In this document: positions 10,624 through 19,432 of the stretch, one piece after another
Layout: each line of letters opens with the position of its first letter
How positions within the stretch are numbered: the first letter of the stretch is position 1
Assembly: GCA_030429665.1 (NCBI GenBank)
Contig: JAUIEZ010000006.1
Coordinates: forward strand, 6,263 to 70,262
Length of the DNA: 64,000 nt
Direction: 5' to 3'
Source of the DNA: Gammaproteobacteria bacterium
Lineage (GTDB): Bacteria > Pseudomonadota > Gammaproteobacteria > Arenicellales > CAJQKF01
The notes under the pieces: generated by a model
The model's input: the letters and a program-made list of their open reading frames with translations, nothing else
What the model was told of the DNA's origin: nothing
Databases searched by the model: none
Position numbers and translations under genes: made by a program

Positions 10624-11193
10624 ATGATCGCCTGCGGCGCGCTGGCCGCGGAACTGGTTCGCGTCAAGAAGCTCAACGAGTGGACGGAACTGGATATCAC
10701 CTGCCTGCCCGCCGAACTGCACAACCGGCCCGAACGCATCACGCCCGCCGTGCAGGAAAAGCTCGAGGCCAACCTGGACGACTACGAGCGCATCGTCGTC
10801 GGATACGCCGACTGCGGCACCGGCGGGCGGCTCGACGCGCTGCTCTCGCGCCACGACGTGGCGCGTATTCCCGGCGCGCACTGCTACGAGTTCTTCTCCG
10901 GCGCCGGGCGTTTCGCCGAGATGGCCGATGCCGATCCCGCGACGTTTTACCTGACCGACTACCTGGCGCGAAATTTCCAGCGGCTCATCGTCAAGGGCAT
11001 GGGCATCGACCGCCACCCGGAGCTCAAGGACATGCTGTTCGGAAACTACCGCCGCCTCGTCTATCTTGCCCAGCGCGACGACCCGGCTCTCGACGAGGCG
11101 GCGCGCTCGGCGGCCGAGTTCCTCGGTCTCGAGTACGAGCGTTCCGCCACCGGTCTTGCGCCATTCTCCGATGCACTTGAATCAATTGTATGA
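10624..11193 (+). CDS. DUF1638 domain protein (function unknown)
   Basis: MIACGALAAEL...LPAELHNRPERI...YADCGTGG...GAHCYEFF pattern recalled for DUF1638. The start is uncertain: alternative in-frame GTG/TTG codons lie at 10594-10621. Confidence 0.6.
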   Translation: MIACGALAAELVRVKKLNEWTELDITCLPAELHNRPERITPAVQEKLEANLDDYERIVVGYADCGTGGRLDALLSRHDVARIPGAHCYEFFSGAGRFAEMADADPATFYLTDYLARNFQRLIVKGMGIDRHPELKDMLFGNYRRLVYLAQRDDPALDEAARSAAEFLGLEYERSATGLAPFSDALESIV

Positions 11194-11200
11194 CCGACCC

Positions 11201-11515
11201 ATGCCCAAGCTGATAACCGTATACTGGCGCGACATCCCGGCCCAAGTCATTGCCCGGCAGGGCCGGCAAACGGTGAAGACGCCTCTGGCCGACCGTTTCC
11301 ACGAAGCCATCGACCGGGCCGCCATGCGCGCCGGCAAGGGTAGCACGGACGCCTACCTGGAGGAGTGGCGCCGCGAGACCGTCGAATGCAGCGGTGACAT
11401 GCAGGCGGCCGTGGATGCCCGAGTGGCCGAGATTGAAGCGGCCTTCGACGATGAGCGCCTGACGTCGCTGATCCGTGCCAAGGGTCTTGACGACGGCGGC
11501 AAGGCATCGGAGTAG
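11201..11515 (+). CDS. small conserved protein, 'virulence factor' family as usually annotated (function unknown)
   Basis: ATG at 11201, 7 nt after the DUF1638 stop. MPKLITVYWRDIPAQVIA N-terminus recalled from corrinoid methyltransferase clusters. 104 aa. Confidence 0.5.
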   Translation: MPKLITVYWRDIPAQVIARQGRQTVKTPLADRFHEAIDRAAMRAGKGSTDAYLEEWRRETVECSGDMQAAVDARVAEIEAAFDDERLTSLIRAKGLDDGGKASE

Positions 11516-11521
11516 ACGGTC

Positions 11522-11986
11522 ATGTACGCGGTGAGACGCTGGTCGGTGCGCCACGCGCGTTTCTTCGAATGGCTGTACGAGCACTTCGAATCGATAATCG
11601 TCGCGTTGCATCCGTTGTGGCTGAAGATCGGCTACGAGCGCGTCGAGAAACCGATTGTCGCCGTCGAGCGGCGTGTGAAGGGTTTTCTGTTCGACTGCCG
11701 GATGTGTGGGCACTGCGTGCTCAGTTCCACCGGCATGTCGTGCCCCATGAATTGTCCCAAGGAGCTTCGCAACGGTCCCTGCGGCGGTGTGCGTGCCAAC
11801 GGCAACTGCGAGGTGAATCCAGGCATGCGATGCGTCTGGGTGGAGGCGTACGAAGGCAGTCGCCGCATGCGCAAGGGCCACTACATTCTCGACGTACAAA
11901 CGGTTCTCGACCGTTCCCACAAGGGCACCTCGTCGTGGCTGCGGGAGGTGCGACGGCTCCACGACGAGCGCGCTCGCCGCGACTGA
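11522..11986 (+). CDS. methylenetetrahydrofolate reductase C-terminal-domain protein (MetV-like Cys-rich subunit)
   Basis: Cys-rich core CRMCGHCVLSSTGMSCPMNCPKELRNGPCGG...NCEV. Directly precedes metF. Confidence 0.68.
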   Translation: MYAVRRWSVRHARFFEWLYEHFESIIVALHPLWLKIGYERVEKPIVAVERRVKGFLFDCRMCGHCVLSSTGMSCPMNCPKELRNGPCGGVRANGNCEVNPGMRCVWVEAYEGSRRMRKGHYILDVQTVLDRSHKGTSSWLREVRRLHDERARRD

Positions 11987-12017
11987 CCCGGCAACTTTCC
12001 GACTATGGGATCAGGCC

Positions 12018-13037
12018 ATGTATTTTGAAGACGAACCGGTTCCGGGTTACTCGTTGCCGATCCTGCCCGGGCACGTATCTCCCGGTCGCTTCGAGCGGGT
12101 GCTTCGTTCGGGCAAATTCGCCGTTACCGCCGAACTGGCGCCGCCGGACTCCGCCGATCCGGAGGAAGTCTTCCTGCGCGCGCGCATTTTCGACGGCTTC
12201 GTCGACGCCATCAACGCCACGGACGGTTCCGGCGCCAATTGTCACATGTCCAGCGTGGGCGTGTGCGCGTTGCTGACGCGGGTGGGTTATTCGACTATCA
12301 TGCAGATTTCATGCCGGGACCGAAACCGCATCGCCATCCAGGGAGATATCCTGGGCGCCGCGGCGATGGGCGTGGCCAACATCCTGTGCCTGACCGGAGA
12401 CGGCGTGCAGGCAGGTGACCAGCCGGGCGCCAAGCCGGTGTTCGACTTCGACTGCATGACGCTGTTGGCGACGGCGCGCCGCATGCGCGACGAGTCGCAG
12501 TTGCTCAGCGGGCGCAAGCTGGATTTCTCGCCGAAGATCTTTCTCGGCGCGGCGTCCAACCCGTTCGTCGAACCGCTGGACTTTCGCGTCGATCGCCTGG
12601 CCAAGAAGGTCGCGGCCGGCGCGCAATACGTGCAGACGCAATACTGTTATGATGTAGGGCGCCTGAAGCGTTTCATGGCGCGGGTTCGCGAACGGGAACT
12701 GGACAAGAAGGTGTTTATCCTGGTCGGTGTTGGTCCGCTGGCGTCGGCGCGCGCCGCCGCGTGGATTCGCGATCACGTACCCGGGGTGCACATTCCCGAT
12801 GTCGTCATCGAGCGCTTGGCGAAGGCCGAAAAGCCCAAGCTGGAAGGCAAGAAGCTCTGCATCGAACTGATCCAGAAAATCCGCGAGATTCCCGGCGTTG
12901 CCGGCGTCCACCTCATGGCCTACCGGCAGGAAGAGTCGGTCGCCGAGATCGTCGACGCCTCCGGCGTCCTCGAGGGCCGAGTACCCTGGCACCCCAATCG
13001 CAGCACGAATACAGATACCATGAGGCTTGTACAGTGA
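12018..13037 (+). CDS. metF: methylenetetrahydrofolate reductase
   Basis: FAVTAELAPP, DAINATDG, MQISCRDRNRIAIQGDILGAAAMGVANILCLTGD are characteristic of the MTHFR TIM barrel. Confidence 0.85.
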   Translation: MYFEDEPVPGYSLPILPGHVSPGRFERVLRSGKFAVTAELAPPDSADPEEVFLRARIFDGFVDAINATDGSGANCHMSSVGVCALLTRVGYSTIMQISCRDRNRIAIQGDILGAAAMGVANILCLTGDGVQAGDQPGAKPVFDFDCMTLLATARRMRDESQLLSGRKLDFSPKIFLGAASNPFVEPLDFRVDRLAKKVAAGAQYVQTQYCYDVGRLKRFMARVRERELDKKVFILVGVGPLASARAAAWIRDHVPGVHIPDVVIERLAKAEKPKLEGKKLCIELIQKIREIPGVAGVHLMAYRQEESVAEIVDASGVLEGRVPWHPNRSTNTDTMRLVQ

Positions 13038-13939
13038 CCGATACCGTAATCAGCTCCGCCAGTAAAGAGGTGGTGATTGGATTCAACCGACCGTTCGTTC
13101 TTATCGGCGAGCGCATCAACCCCACCGGTCGGAAGTTGCTGGCCGCGGAAATGGCCGCCGGCGACTACAGTCGGGTCGAGTCCGATGCCCTGGCCCAGGT
13201 GGCTGCCGGAGCCCACGTGCTTGACGTCAATGCCGGCATTCCGCTGGCGGACGAGCCGAAGATCCTCGCCGAGGCCGTGCAGCTCGTGCAGTCGCTCACC
13301 GACGTGCCGTTGTCGATAGATTCCTCGATCGTCGCCGCCCTGGAGTCGGGATTGTCCGTCTACAAGGGCAAGGCGCTGGTCAACTCGGTAACCGGTGAAG
13401 AGGAACGCCTGGAGTCGGTGCTGCCCCTGGTCAAGAAGCACGGCGCCGCGGTCGTCGCCATTTCCAACGACGAGACCGGCATTTCGGAGGATCCGGACGT
13501 GCGCTTCGCGGTGGCGAAGAAGATCGTCGAACGCGCTGCCGATCACGGCATCGACCGATCCGACATTGTCGTCGACCCGCTGGTGATGCCCATCGGCGCC
13601 ATGAACTCGGCAGGCGTGCAGGTTATGCGGTTGGTACGCCGCCTGCGCGAGGAACTCAAGGTGAACACCACCTGCGGCGCTTCCAACATCAGTTTCGGCC
13701 TGCCGAACCGCAACGGCATGAACGCCGCGTTCCTGACCATGGCGATTGCCGCCGGCATGACGTCGGCGATTACCAACCCGCTGCATGCCGAAGTGCTGCA
13801 GGCAATCCTTGGCGCCGATGTCATGATGGGCCACGACCCGGATTGCCGAAACTGGATCCGGAAGTATCGCGAGCCGGCGGCCGAGGGCGCCGGCAGCGCC
13901 AGGGTGCAGCGAGCCGGCCGTCGTCGCCGTCGCGGTTGA
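13034..13939 (+). CDS. methyl-corrinoid:tetrahydrofolate methyltransferase (pterin-binding, MeTr/MtgA-like)
   Basis: GTG at 13034 overlaps the metF stop (GTGA). Pterin-binding barrel motifs LIGERINPTGRK, LDVNAG, VNSVTG, GASNISFGLPNR. Confidence 0.8.
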   Translation: MTDTVISSASKEVVIGFNRPFVLIGERINPTGRKLLAAEMAAGDYSRVESDALAQVAAGAHVLDVNAGIPLADEPKILAEAVQLVQSLTDVPLSIDSSIVAALESGLSVYKGKALVNSVTGEEERLESVLPLVKKHGAAVVAISNDETGISEDPDVRFAVAKKIVERAADHGIDRSDIVVDPLVMPIGAMNSAGVQVMRLVRRLREELKVNTTCGASNISFGLPNRNGMNAAFLTMAIAAGMTSAITNPLHAEVLQAILGADVMMGHDPDCRNWIRKYREPAAEGAGSARVQRAGRRRRRG

Positions 13940-13988
13940 CGCGCCGCGACGCTTCCGCCTCGTCGTCGTGACGACAACTGGATTCTGA

Positions 13989-16022
13989 ATGAACCGCGAC
14001 ATCGCGTTACAAACCGACCAGGAGCCGGTGCGGGTCGTGTTCACCCCGTCCGGCAAGCGCGGCGAGTTCGCGCGCGGCACCACCGTGCTGCAGGCGGCGC
14101 GCACGCTTGGCGTGGACCTCGACTCGGTATGCGGCGGCCGCGCCATCTGCGGCCGCTGCCAGGTCAAGCTGAGCGAGGGTAGCTTCGCCAAGCACGGAAT
14201 CGAGTCGAGGGCCGCGAACTTGTCACCGGCCACGGAAACCGAGACCAGTTACTTCAAGACGCTCGGCCGTCATGCCGACCGGCGTCTCGCCTGCTCCACC
14301 GAGATCCTCGACGACGTCGTCATCGACGTGCCGGCGGACAGCCAGGTACACAAGCAGGTCGTGCGCAAGCGCATCGAGGTGCACGAGATCGAGGTCGACC
14401 CGGCCGTGCGCATCTACTTTGTCGAGGTGCCCCAGCCCAGTATGCACGATCCCGCCGGCGACTTGCGTCGCCTGCGCGAGGCGCTTGAGTTCGAATGGTC
14501 GTTGTCCGATCTCGACTTCCCCGCGTCGTTGTTACCCTCGTTGCAACAATGTTTGCGCGACGGCGACTGGAGCGTGACCGTGGCGATTGCCGACGAGAAG
14601 CGCGTGCTGAGTATCTGGCCGGGCTACCACGATCGCGTCTTCGGCATGGCGATCGACGTCGGATCGACCACCATCGCCGCCCACTTGATCGATCTGTCCA
14701 CGGGCAAGGCGGTGTCTTCGGCGGGGTTGATGAACCCCCAGATCCGTTTCGGCGAGGACCTGATGAGCCGCGTGTCCTACGTCATGATGAACCCGGGAGG
14801 GGAAGTCGAGCTGACCCGCGCGGTGCGCGACGCCATCGCCCAGCTCGTACGGGAAACGCGGGAAGAGGCCGGCGTCGAAGCCGACAGCGTGCTGGAGCTG
14901 GTGCTGGTGGGCAATCCGGTCATGCATCACCTGTTCCTCGGGATCAACCCGGTGGAACTCGGCGGGGCGCCGTTTGCCCTGGCGACGGATGAGGCCGTGC
15001 ATACCACGGCGGGCGCGCTCGGCCTCGACGTCGATCCGCATGCCGAAGTCTACGTGCTGCCGTGCATTGCCGGCCACGTCGGCGCGGATACCGCCGCCGT
15101 TATATTGTCCGAAGCGCCTTACCTGCGTGACGAACTGACCCTGGTGGTGGACGTCGGCACCAATGCCGAGATCGTGCTCGGCAATCGCAAGAAACTGTTG
15201 GCGGCATCCAGCCCAACCGGGCCGGCCTTCGAGGGGGCGCAGATCAGTTGCGGCCAGCGCGCCGCGCCGGGCGCGGTGGAGAGAGTGCGCATCGATCCTG
15301 AAACGCTGGCCCCGCGCTTCAAGGTGATCGGTTGCGACCTATGGTCCGACGAGCCGGGTTTCGAGGAGGCGGTGTCCGAGGTGGGCATCACCGGCGTGTG
15401 CGGCTCTGGCATCATCGAACTTATCGCGGAGTTGTTTCTCGCCGGCGTTATCACGACCGACGGCATTATCGACGGCGCCTCGGCGCAACGAAGCCACCAC
15501 GTATATGCCAACGGCAAGACGTACGCCTACCTGCTGCACGACGGCGCGGTGCGCCTCACCCTGACGCAGAACGACGTGCGCGCCATCCAGCTCGCCAAGG
15601 CGGCGCTGTTCGCCGGCACGCGGCTGCTCATGGACAAGATGCGAGTGGACAAGGTCGATCGTATCCGGCTGGCCGGCGCCTTCGGCGCGCACATCGACGT
15701 AAAATACGCCATGGTGCTCGGTATGATACCCGACTGCCTGCTGGATCACGTCACCTCGGCCGGCAATGCTGCTGGCACGGGTGCCTGCATTGCCCTGCTC
15801 GATCACAAGGCGCGCAGCGAGATCGAGGTCGAGGTGCGGCGTATCGAGAAGGTGGAAACTGCCGTGGAGCCGAAATTCCAGCAGCACTTCGTCGAGGCCA
15901 TGGCATTTCCCCACAAGACCCTGCCGTTCACCGAACTCGCCCGCGCGGTCACGTTGCCGGTCCCTCGCGAGGGCGGGTCGGGCGGCGGTTCACACGGGCG
16001 CCGTCGTCGGCGCCGCCGTTGA
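13989..16022 (+). CDS. corrinoid reductive activase (RACo-type: 2Fe-2S ferredoxin + ASKHA ATPase)
   Basis: N-terminal plant-type ferredoxin CGGRAICGRCQV. ASKHA phosphate loops AIDVGSTTIAAHL and VVDVGTNAEIV. Length 677 aa. Confidence 0.8.
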   Translation: MNRDIALQTDQEPVRVVFTPSGKRGEFARGTTVLQAARTLGVDLDSVCGGRAICGRCQVKLSEGSFAKHGIESRAANLSPATETETSYFKTLGRHADRRLACSTEILDDVVIDVPADSQVHKQVVRKRIEVHEIEVDPAVRIYFVEVPQPSMHDPAGDLRRLREALEFEWSLSDLDFPASLLPSLQQCLRDGDWSVTVAIADEKRVLSIWPGYHDRVFGMAIDVGSTTIAAHLIDLSTGKAVSSAGLMNPQIRFGEDLMSRVSYVMMNPGGEVELTRAVRDAIAQLVRETREEAGVEADSVLELVLVGNPVMHHLFLGINPVELGGAPFALATDEAVHTTAGALGLDVDPHAEVYVLPCIAGHVGADTAAVILSEAPYLRDELTLVVDVGTNAEIVLGNRKKLLAASSPTGPAFEGAQISCGQRAAPGAVERVRIDPETLAPRFKVIGCDLWSDEPGFEEAVSEVGITGVCGSGIIELIAELFLAGVITTDGIIDGASAQRSHHVYANGKTYAYLLHDGAVRLTLTQNDVRAIQLAKAALFAGTRLLMDKMRVDKVDRIRLAGAFGAHIDVKYAMVLGMIPDCLLDHVTSAGNAAGTGACIALLDHKARSEIEVEVRRIEKVETAVEPKFQQHFVEAMAFPHKTLPFTELARAVTLPVPREGGSGGGSHGRRRRRRR

Positions 16023-16078
16023 CGCGTCCGATAGCGGACCGGATTTCACCATGAACAGGAAAGGAGCGTTGAGGTCAA

Positions 16079-16822
16079 ATGGACTTGGCATCCGCACTCA
16101 GGCAGGTCCCGATATTTAGCAGTCTTGGCGTTGACGAACTGGCCGCGTTCGTCGACCGTTGTCGCGTTCGCACCATGCCCCGCAATGTCCTGGTGTTCTG
16201 CCAGGGAGACCCTGGCGAGGCGCTGTACGTGATTGTCGAGGGCATGGTCAAGGTATTCCTGAGCACGTCCGGCGGGCGCGAGGTGGTCCTGGCCCTGGAG
16301 CGACGTGGCGGTTACTTTGGCGAACTGTCCATGATCGATCGGATGCCGCGTTCGGCCTCGGTGATGACGCTCAGGCGAACGCGACTGCTGGTTATCTCCC
16401 GTTCGACGTTTCGCGAGTGCCTCGCGGCGCACCCGGATGTCGCCTACCGGTTGATCACCGGCCTCTCCGCGCGCGTGCGCATGCTGACGGAAAACGTCGG
16501 CGCCCTCGCCACCGACGACGTTCGAAAACGCGTGGAAGCCGCATTGCTTCGGCTCGCGATCCATCGTGACGGCGTATGGCGGATTCCGGAGCGCCCGTCG
16601 CACCAGGTCATAGCAGACATGGTCGGCGCCTCGCGGGAAATGACCGGCAAGGTGATGCGTGAACTGGTCCGGGCGGGACGTGTCTGCGTAACGGCACGCG
16701 GAATGACCCTGCACCTGCGATCCGCCGGGTCAACGCGGCGAAGCGGCACCAGTACCGCCGGCCGGGACGGCAGGTCGTCTCAGTGGGAGAGAAGTCGCAG
16801 GAATTCCGAACGCGTGCGGTGA
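16079..16822 (+). CDS. Crp/Fnr-family transcriptional regulator
   Basis: RBS AAAGGAG upstream. cNMP-binding fold ([35 protein letters not shown]). [26 protein letters not shown]. The 3' tail overlaps the folE 3' end by 43 nt. Confidence 0.85.
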   Translation: MDLASALRQVPIFSSLGVDELAAFVDRCRVRTMPRNVLVFCQGDPGEALYVIVEGMVKVFLSTSGGREVVLALERRGGYFGELSMIDRMPRSASVMTLRRTRLLVISRSTFRECLAAHPDVAYRLITGLSARVRMLTENVGALATDDVRKRVEAALLRLAIHRDGVWRIPERPSHQVIADMVGASREMTGKVMRELVRAGRVCVTARGMTLHLRSAGSTRRSGTSTAGRDGRSSQWERSRRNSERVR

Positions 16823-17340
16823 TCCTTGCGGAACGCGCCGATCATCATCGAGGTTTTCATCACCGAGTTTTGCTTTTCGACACCGCGCATCATCATGCAA
16901 AGGTGTTGCGCTTCGAGCACCACGCCGACGCCACGCGGCTGCGTAATCTCCGCCACCGCCTCGGCAATCTCGCTGGTGAGGTTTTCCTGTATCTGCAGGC
17001 GACTGGCAAACATGTCCACGATGCGGGCGACCTTCGACAGCCCGATGACCTTCCCGGTCGGCAGGTAGGCGACGTGACACTTGCCGATGAACGGCAGCAG
17101 GTGATGCTCGCACAGTGAATAAACCTCGATATCCTGCACGATGACCATTTCGTCGTTGGTGGAATCGAATACGGCCCCGTTGACGACATCGTCGAGCGAT
17201 TGTTCGTAGCCGCGGGTAAGAAACTCGAACGCCTTGGCCGCTCGCAGCGGCGTGCCGCGCAGTCCGTCGCGGGACAGGTCCTCGCCGGTACCCTCGATGA
17301 GCTGACGGTACAATTCGGCCTGGCGCTTGATGTCGTGCAT
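16780..17340 (-). CDS. folE: GTP cyclohydrolase I (type IA)
   Basis: [28 protein letters not shown] motifs. Start set at the MHDIKRQ Met (186 aa, the usual length) rather than ORF start 17406. Confidence 0.9.
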   Translation of the reverse strand: MHDIKRQAELYRQLIEGTGEDLSRDGLRGTPLRAAKAFEFLTRGYEQSLDDVVNGAVFDSTNDEMVIVQDIEVYSLCEHHLLPFIGKCHVAYLPTGKVIGLSKVARIVDMFASRLQIQENLTSEIAEAVAEITQPRGVGVVLEAQHLCMMMRGVEKQNSVMKTSMMIGAFRKDHRTRSEFLRLLSH

Positions 17341-17422
17341 GTCTATCGTCTCGTAAACTGTCGTTGCGGACAGAGAATATACACTTTTCCATTGGCTGGT
17401 AAGCAAGGCGCATCGTCTGCTC

Positions 17423-18244
17423 GTGGAATATCTCGGTACCCTGGCAAAAATGCTCGTTCGGCACGAAACGCCGGTCTCCTACGCGTTACCGGTGGGTGAT
17501 GCCGGCGTCAACCTCAATTCGTTGCTCGGCTCCCGGGTCGAGATGGCGTTCGACGGCGACGTTTTCTGCGTCGGCTGCGGTCGCAAGACGCGCAAGAGTT
17601 TCAACCAGGGCTACTGCTATCCCTGCTTCCGGTCCAAGGCGGCTTGCGACCGTTGCATCACCCGACCGTCGCTATGCCACTTCCACGAAGGCACGTGCCG
17701 GGAGCCGGACTGGGGCGAGACACACTGCATGCAAACGCACGTGGTATACGTGGCCAACTCATCCGGCCCCAAGGTCGGAATCACCCGCGCGAACCAGGTG
17801 CCGACGCGCTGGATCGACCAGGGTGCCATACAGGCGATGCCCGTGCTGGATGTTGCCAACCGCTATCACAGCGGCCTGGTCGAGGAACTGCTGAAGCAGT
17901 TCATGCGAGACCGTACCGATTGGCGTGCCATGCTTCGAGACGACGCGGAGCGCATGGACCTGGAGGCGTTCTGGCTGGATACCTGCGCGCAACAAGACAT
18001 CGACCCGGAATCCATTCGTACCGCAAGCGGCGCCGGCAGCGCGCGCGGCGCGGTGCCCAATGTGTACGAGTTTCAGTACCCGGTGCTGGAGTACCCGAAG
18101 AAGATTCGTTCGATTGACGTCGGCGCCACGCCGAAGATCGACGGCACGTTGCTTGGAATGAAGGGGCAGTACCTGATATTCGATGTCGGCGTGATCAACG
18201 TGCGTAAGTACGCCGGTTACCGGGTCGCGTTCCGGGTCCCGTGA
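17423..18244 (+). CDS. DUF2797 domain protein (zinc-ribbon-containing, function unknown)
   Basis: [21 protein letters not shown]...CDRC Cys pattern and overall length match my recollection of DUF2797. Divergent from folE. Confidence 0.6.
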   Translation: MEYLGTLAKMLVRHETPVSYALPVGDAGVNLNSLLGSRVEMAFDGDVFCVGCGRKTRKSFNQGYCYPCFRSKAACDRCITRPSLCHFHEGTCREPDWGETHCMQTHVVYVANSSGPKVGITRANQVPTRWIDQGAIQAMPVLDVANRYHSGLVEELLKQFMRDRTDWRAMLRDDAERMDLEAFWLDTCAQQDIDPESIRTASGAGSARGAVPNVYEFQYPVLEYPKKIRSIDVGATPKIDGTLLGMKGQYLIFDVGVINVRKYAGYRVAFRVP

Positions 18245-18304
18245 CGATGCTCCGTGGTCGACTCGCGGCGCCCGGCGCCGCGTCGGCCGGCGGCGCTGTT
18301 CGAC

Positions 18305-19384
18305 CTACAATCGCGCGGCGTGCCGCCGGAAACGTTCCTCGCAGCGACGCCATGCCGCCGACATCTCCCCCAGTTCCAGCAGTTGCGGCAGGAGCTGGCT
18401 GCTGAAGTCGATACTGCTCTCGCGAGGCAGCAGGGACGGCAGGTGGTCCACCGCGATCAGGTCGAGCGGGTTGTCTCCGCCGGCGACCCGTAGCGCGGGT
18501 TCCTCGAAGCTGGTCACGCGGTCGTAAAAAGGCAGGGGATTGCCGGGATTGCCCGGATCGCAGCTCACGTCCGAGATAACCGACAGGCGGCGCGAGGGCC
18601 TTTGAATTTCCCGCTCGGTGAGAAACGGTGGAATCGGTTCGCCGAGCAGTACCGTGTTCACCATGAGATCGTAATCGAGCAGGGCGTCGAAAGGGCCTCC
18701 CGCGACGGTCTCGGCGATATCCCACTGCTCCACGGGCAACTCGAGCGCATCGAACAGGGCCACCGCTCCACGACCGCACCGACCGAGGGCGCCGACGACC
18801 ACGGCGCGTGGCGCGCGGCGATCCGGATCCGGAACCAGGGCCAGTCGGTTCGAAATGGCGTTGACCAGTTCGGCCTTGTCCGCGGCGGGTTTCTGCGGCG
18901 ACAGGGCAAAGTCGACGCCTTCGCGCTGGCGGCCCGCGTAAAGGCGAACGCCCAGGGCGGCGCCGGCGAATCCCGCCCAGTAACCGAAAGCCGCGAGGCG
19001 GCGGCCGGACTCGTCGGTGAGAAACTCGAGGTCCAGGAGTATGCCGCCACCGGCGACGAAGCGGCCGAGCAACGATCGCCAACCGGGCTGATCCTTGTAG
19101 GCGTGGCCGAAATAGATATGCCGGTGGACCAGGGGCGCGGGTTCGTCGGGCAATTCCTTGATGCCGAGAATGAATGCCTCGGGCGGCGCCTCCGGCCAGC
19201 TTCCTTCACTCACCAGACGGCAGCCCGCGGCGGCATAGGCGCTGTCGGCGAATGCCCGTTGCTCCGACTCTTCCACGCAAACTTCGACGCCGGCCTCGAC
19301 GAGGCGAGCGGCGTCGGACGGGCCAAGCGGGGTGCGGTGTTCACCGCGCTTGGTTTCGGCGCGCAACCAGATCAGGCTCGTCAT
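18305..19384 (-). CDS. saccharopine dehydrogenase (LYS1 / AlaDH-fold)-like NAD-dependent opine-type dehydrogenase
   Basis: LRAETKRGEHRTPL, GHAYKDQPGW, and the NAD loop VVVGALGRCGRGA resemble L-lysine-forming saccharopine dehydrogenase. Substrate not inferable. Confidence 0.7.
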   Translation of the reverse strand: MTSLIWLRAETKRGEHRTPLGPSDAARLVEAGVEVCVEESEQRAFADSAYAAAGCRLVSEGSWPEAPPEAFILGIKELPDEPAPLVHRHIYFGHAYKDQPGWRSLLGRFVAGGGILLDLEFLTDESGRRLAAFGYWAGFAGAALGVRLYAGRQREGVDFALSPQKPAADKAELVNAISNRLALVPDPDRRAPRAVVVGALGRCGRGAVALFDALELPVEQWDIAETVAGGPFDALLDYDLMVNTVLLGEPIPPFLTEREIQRPSRRLSVISDVSCDPGNPGNPLPFYDRVTSFEEPALRVAGGDNPLDLIAVDHLPSLLPRESSIDFSSQLLPQLLELGEMSAAWRRCEERFRRHAARL

Positions 19385-19432
19385 GACGCGTTACCGGTAA
19401 TAGAAAGTCCGAAGTTGCGACCCGGCGATTCG

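Noticed and set aside
16780-16822. Convergent 3' overlaps: crp/folE (43 nt) and K2/MFS (34417-34468, 52 nt)
   Set aside because: Possibly relevant to antisense interference, but such overlaps are common in compact high-GC genomes. The Crp C-terminal tail is low-complexity, so it is not treated as a finding.
17341-17422. Possible THF-II (folE-motif) riboswitch upstream of folE
   Set aside because: Only 82 nt are shared with the divergent DUF2797 gene. The one small hairpin (CTGTC-n6-GACAG) does not resemble what I recall of the motif, and I cannot reproduce the consensus reliably from memory.
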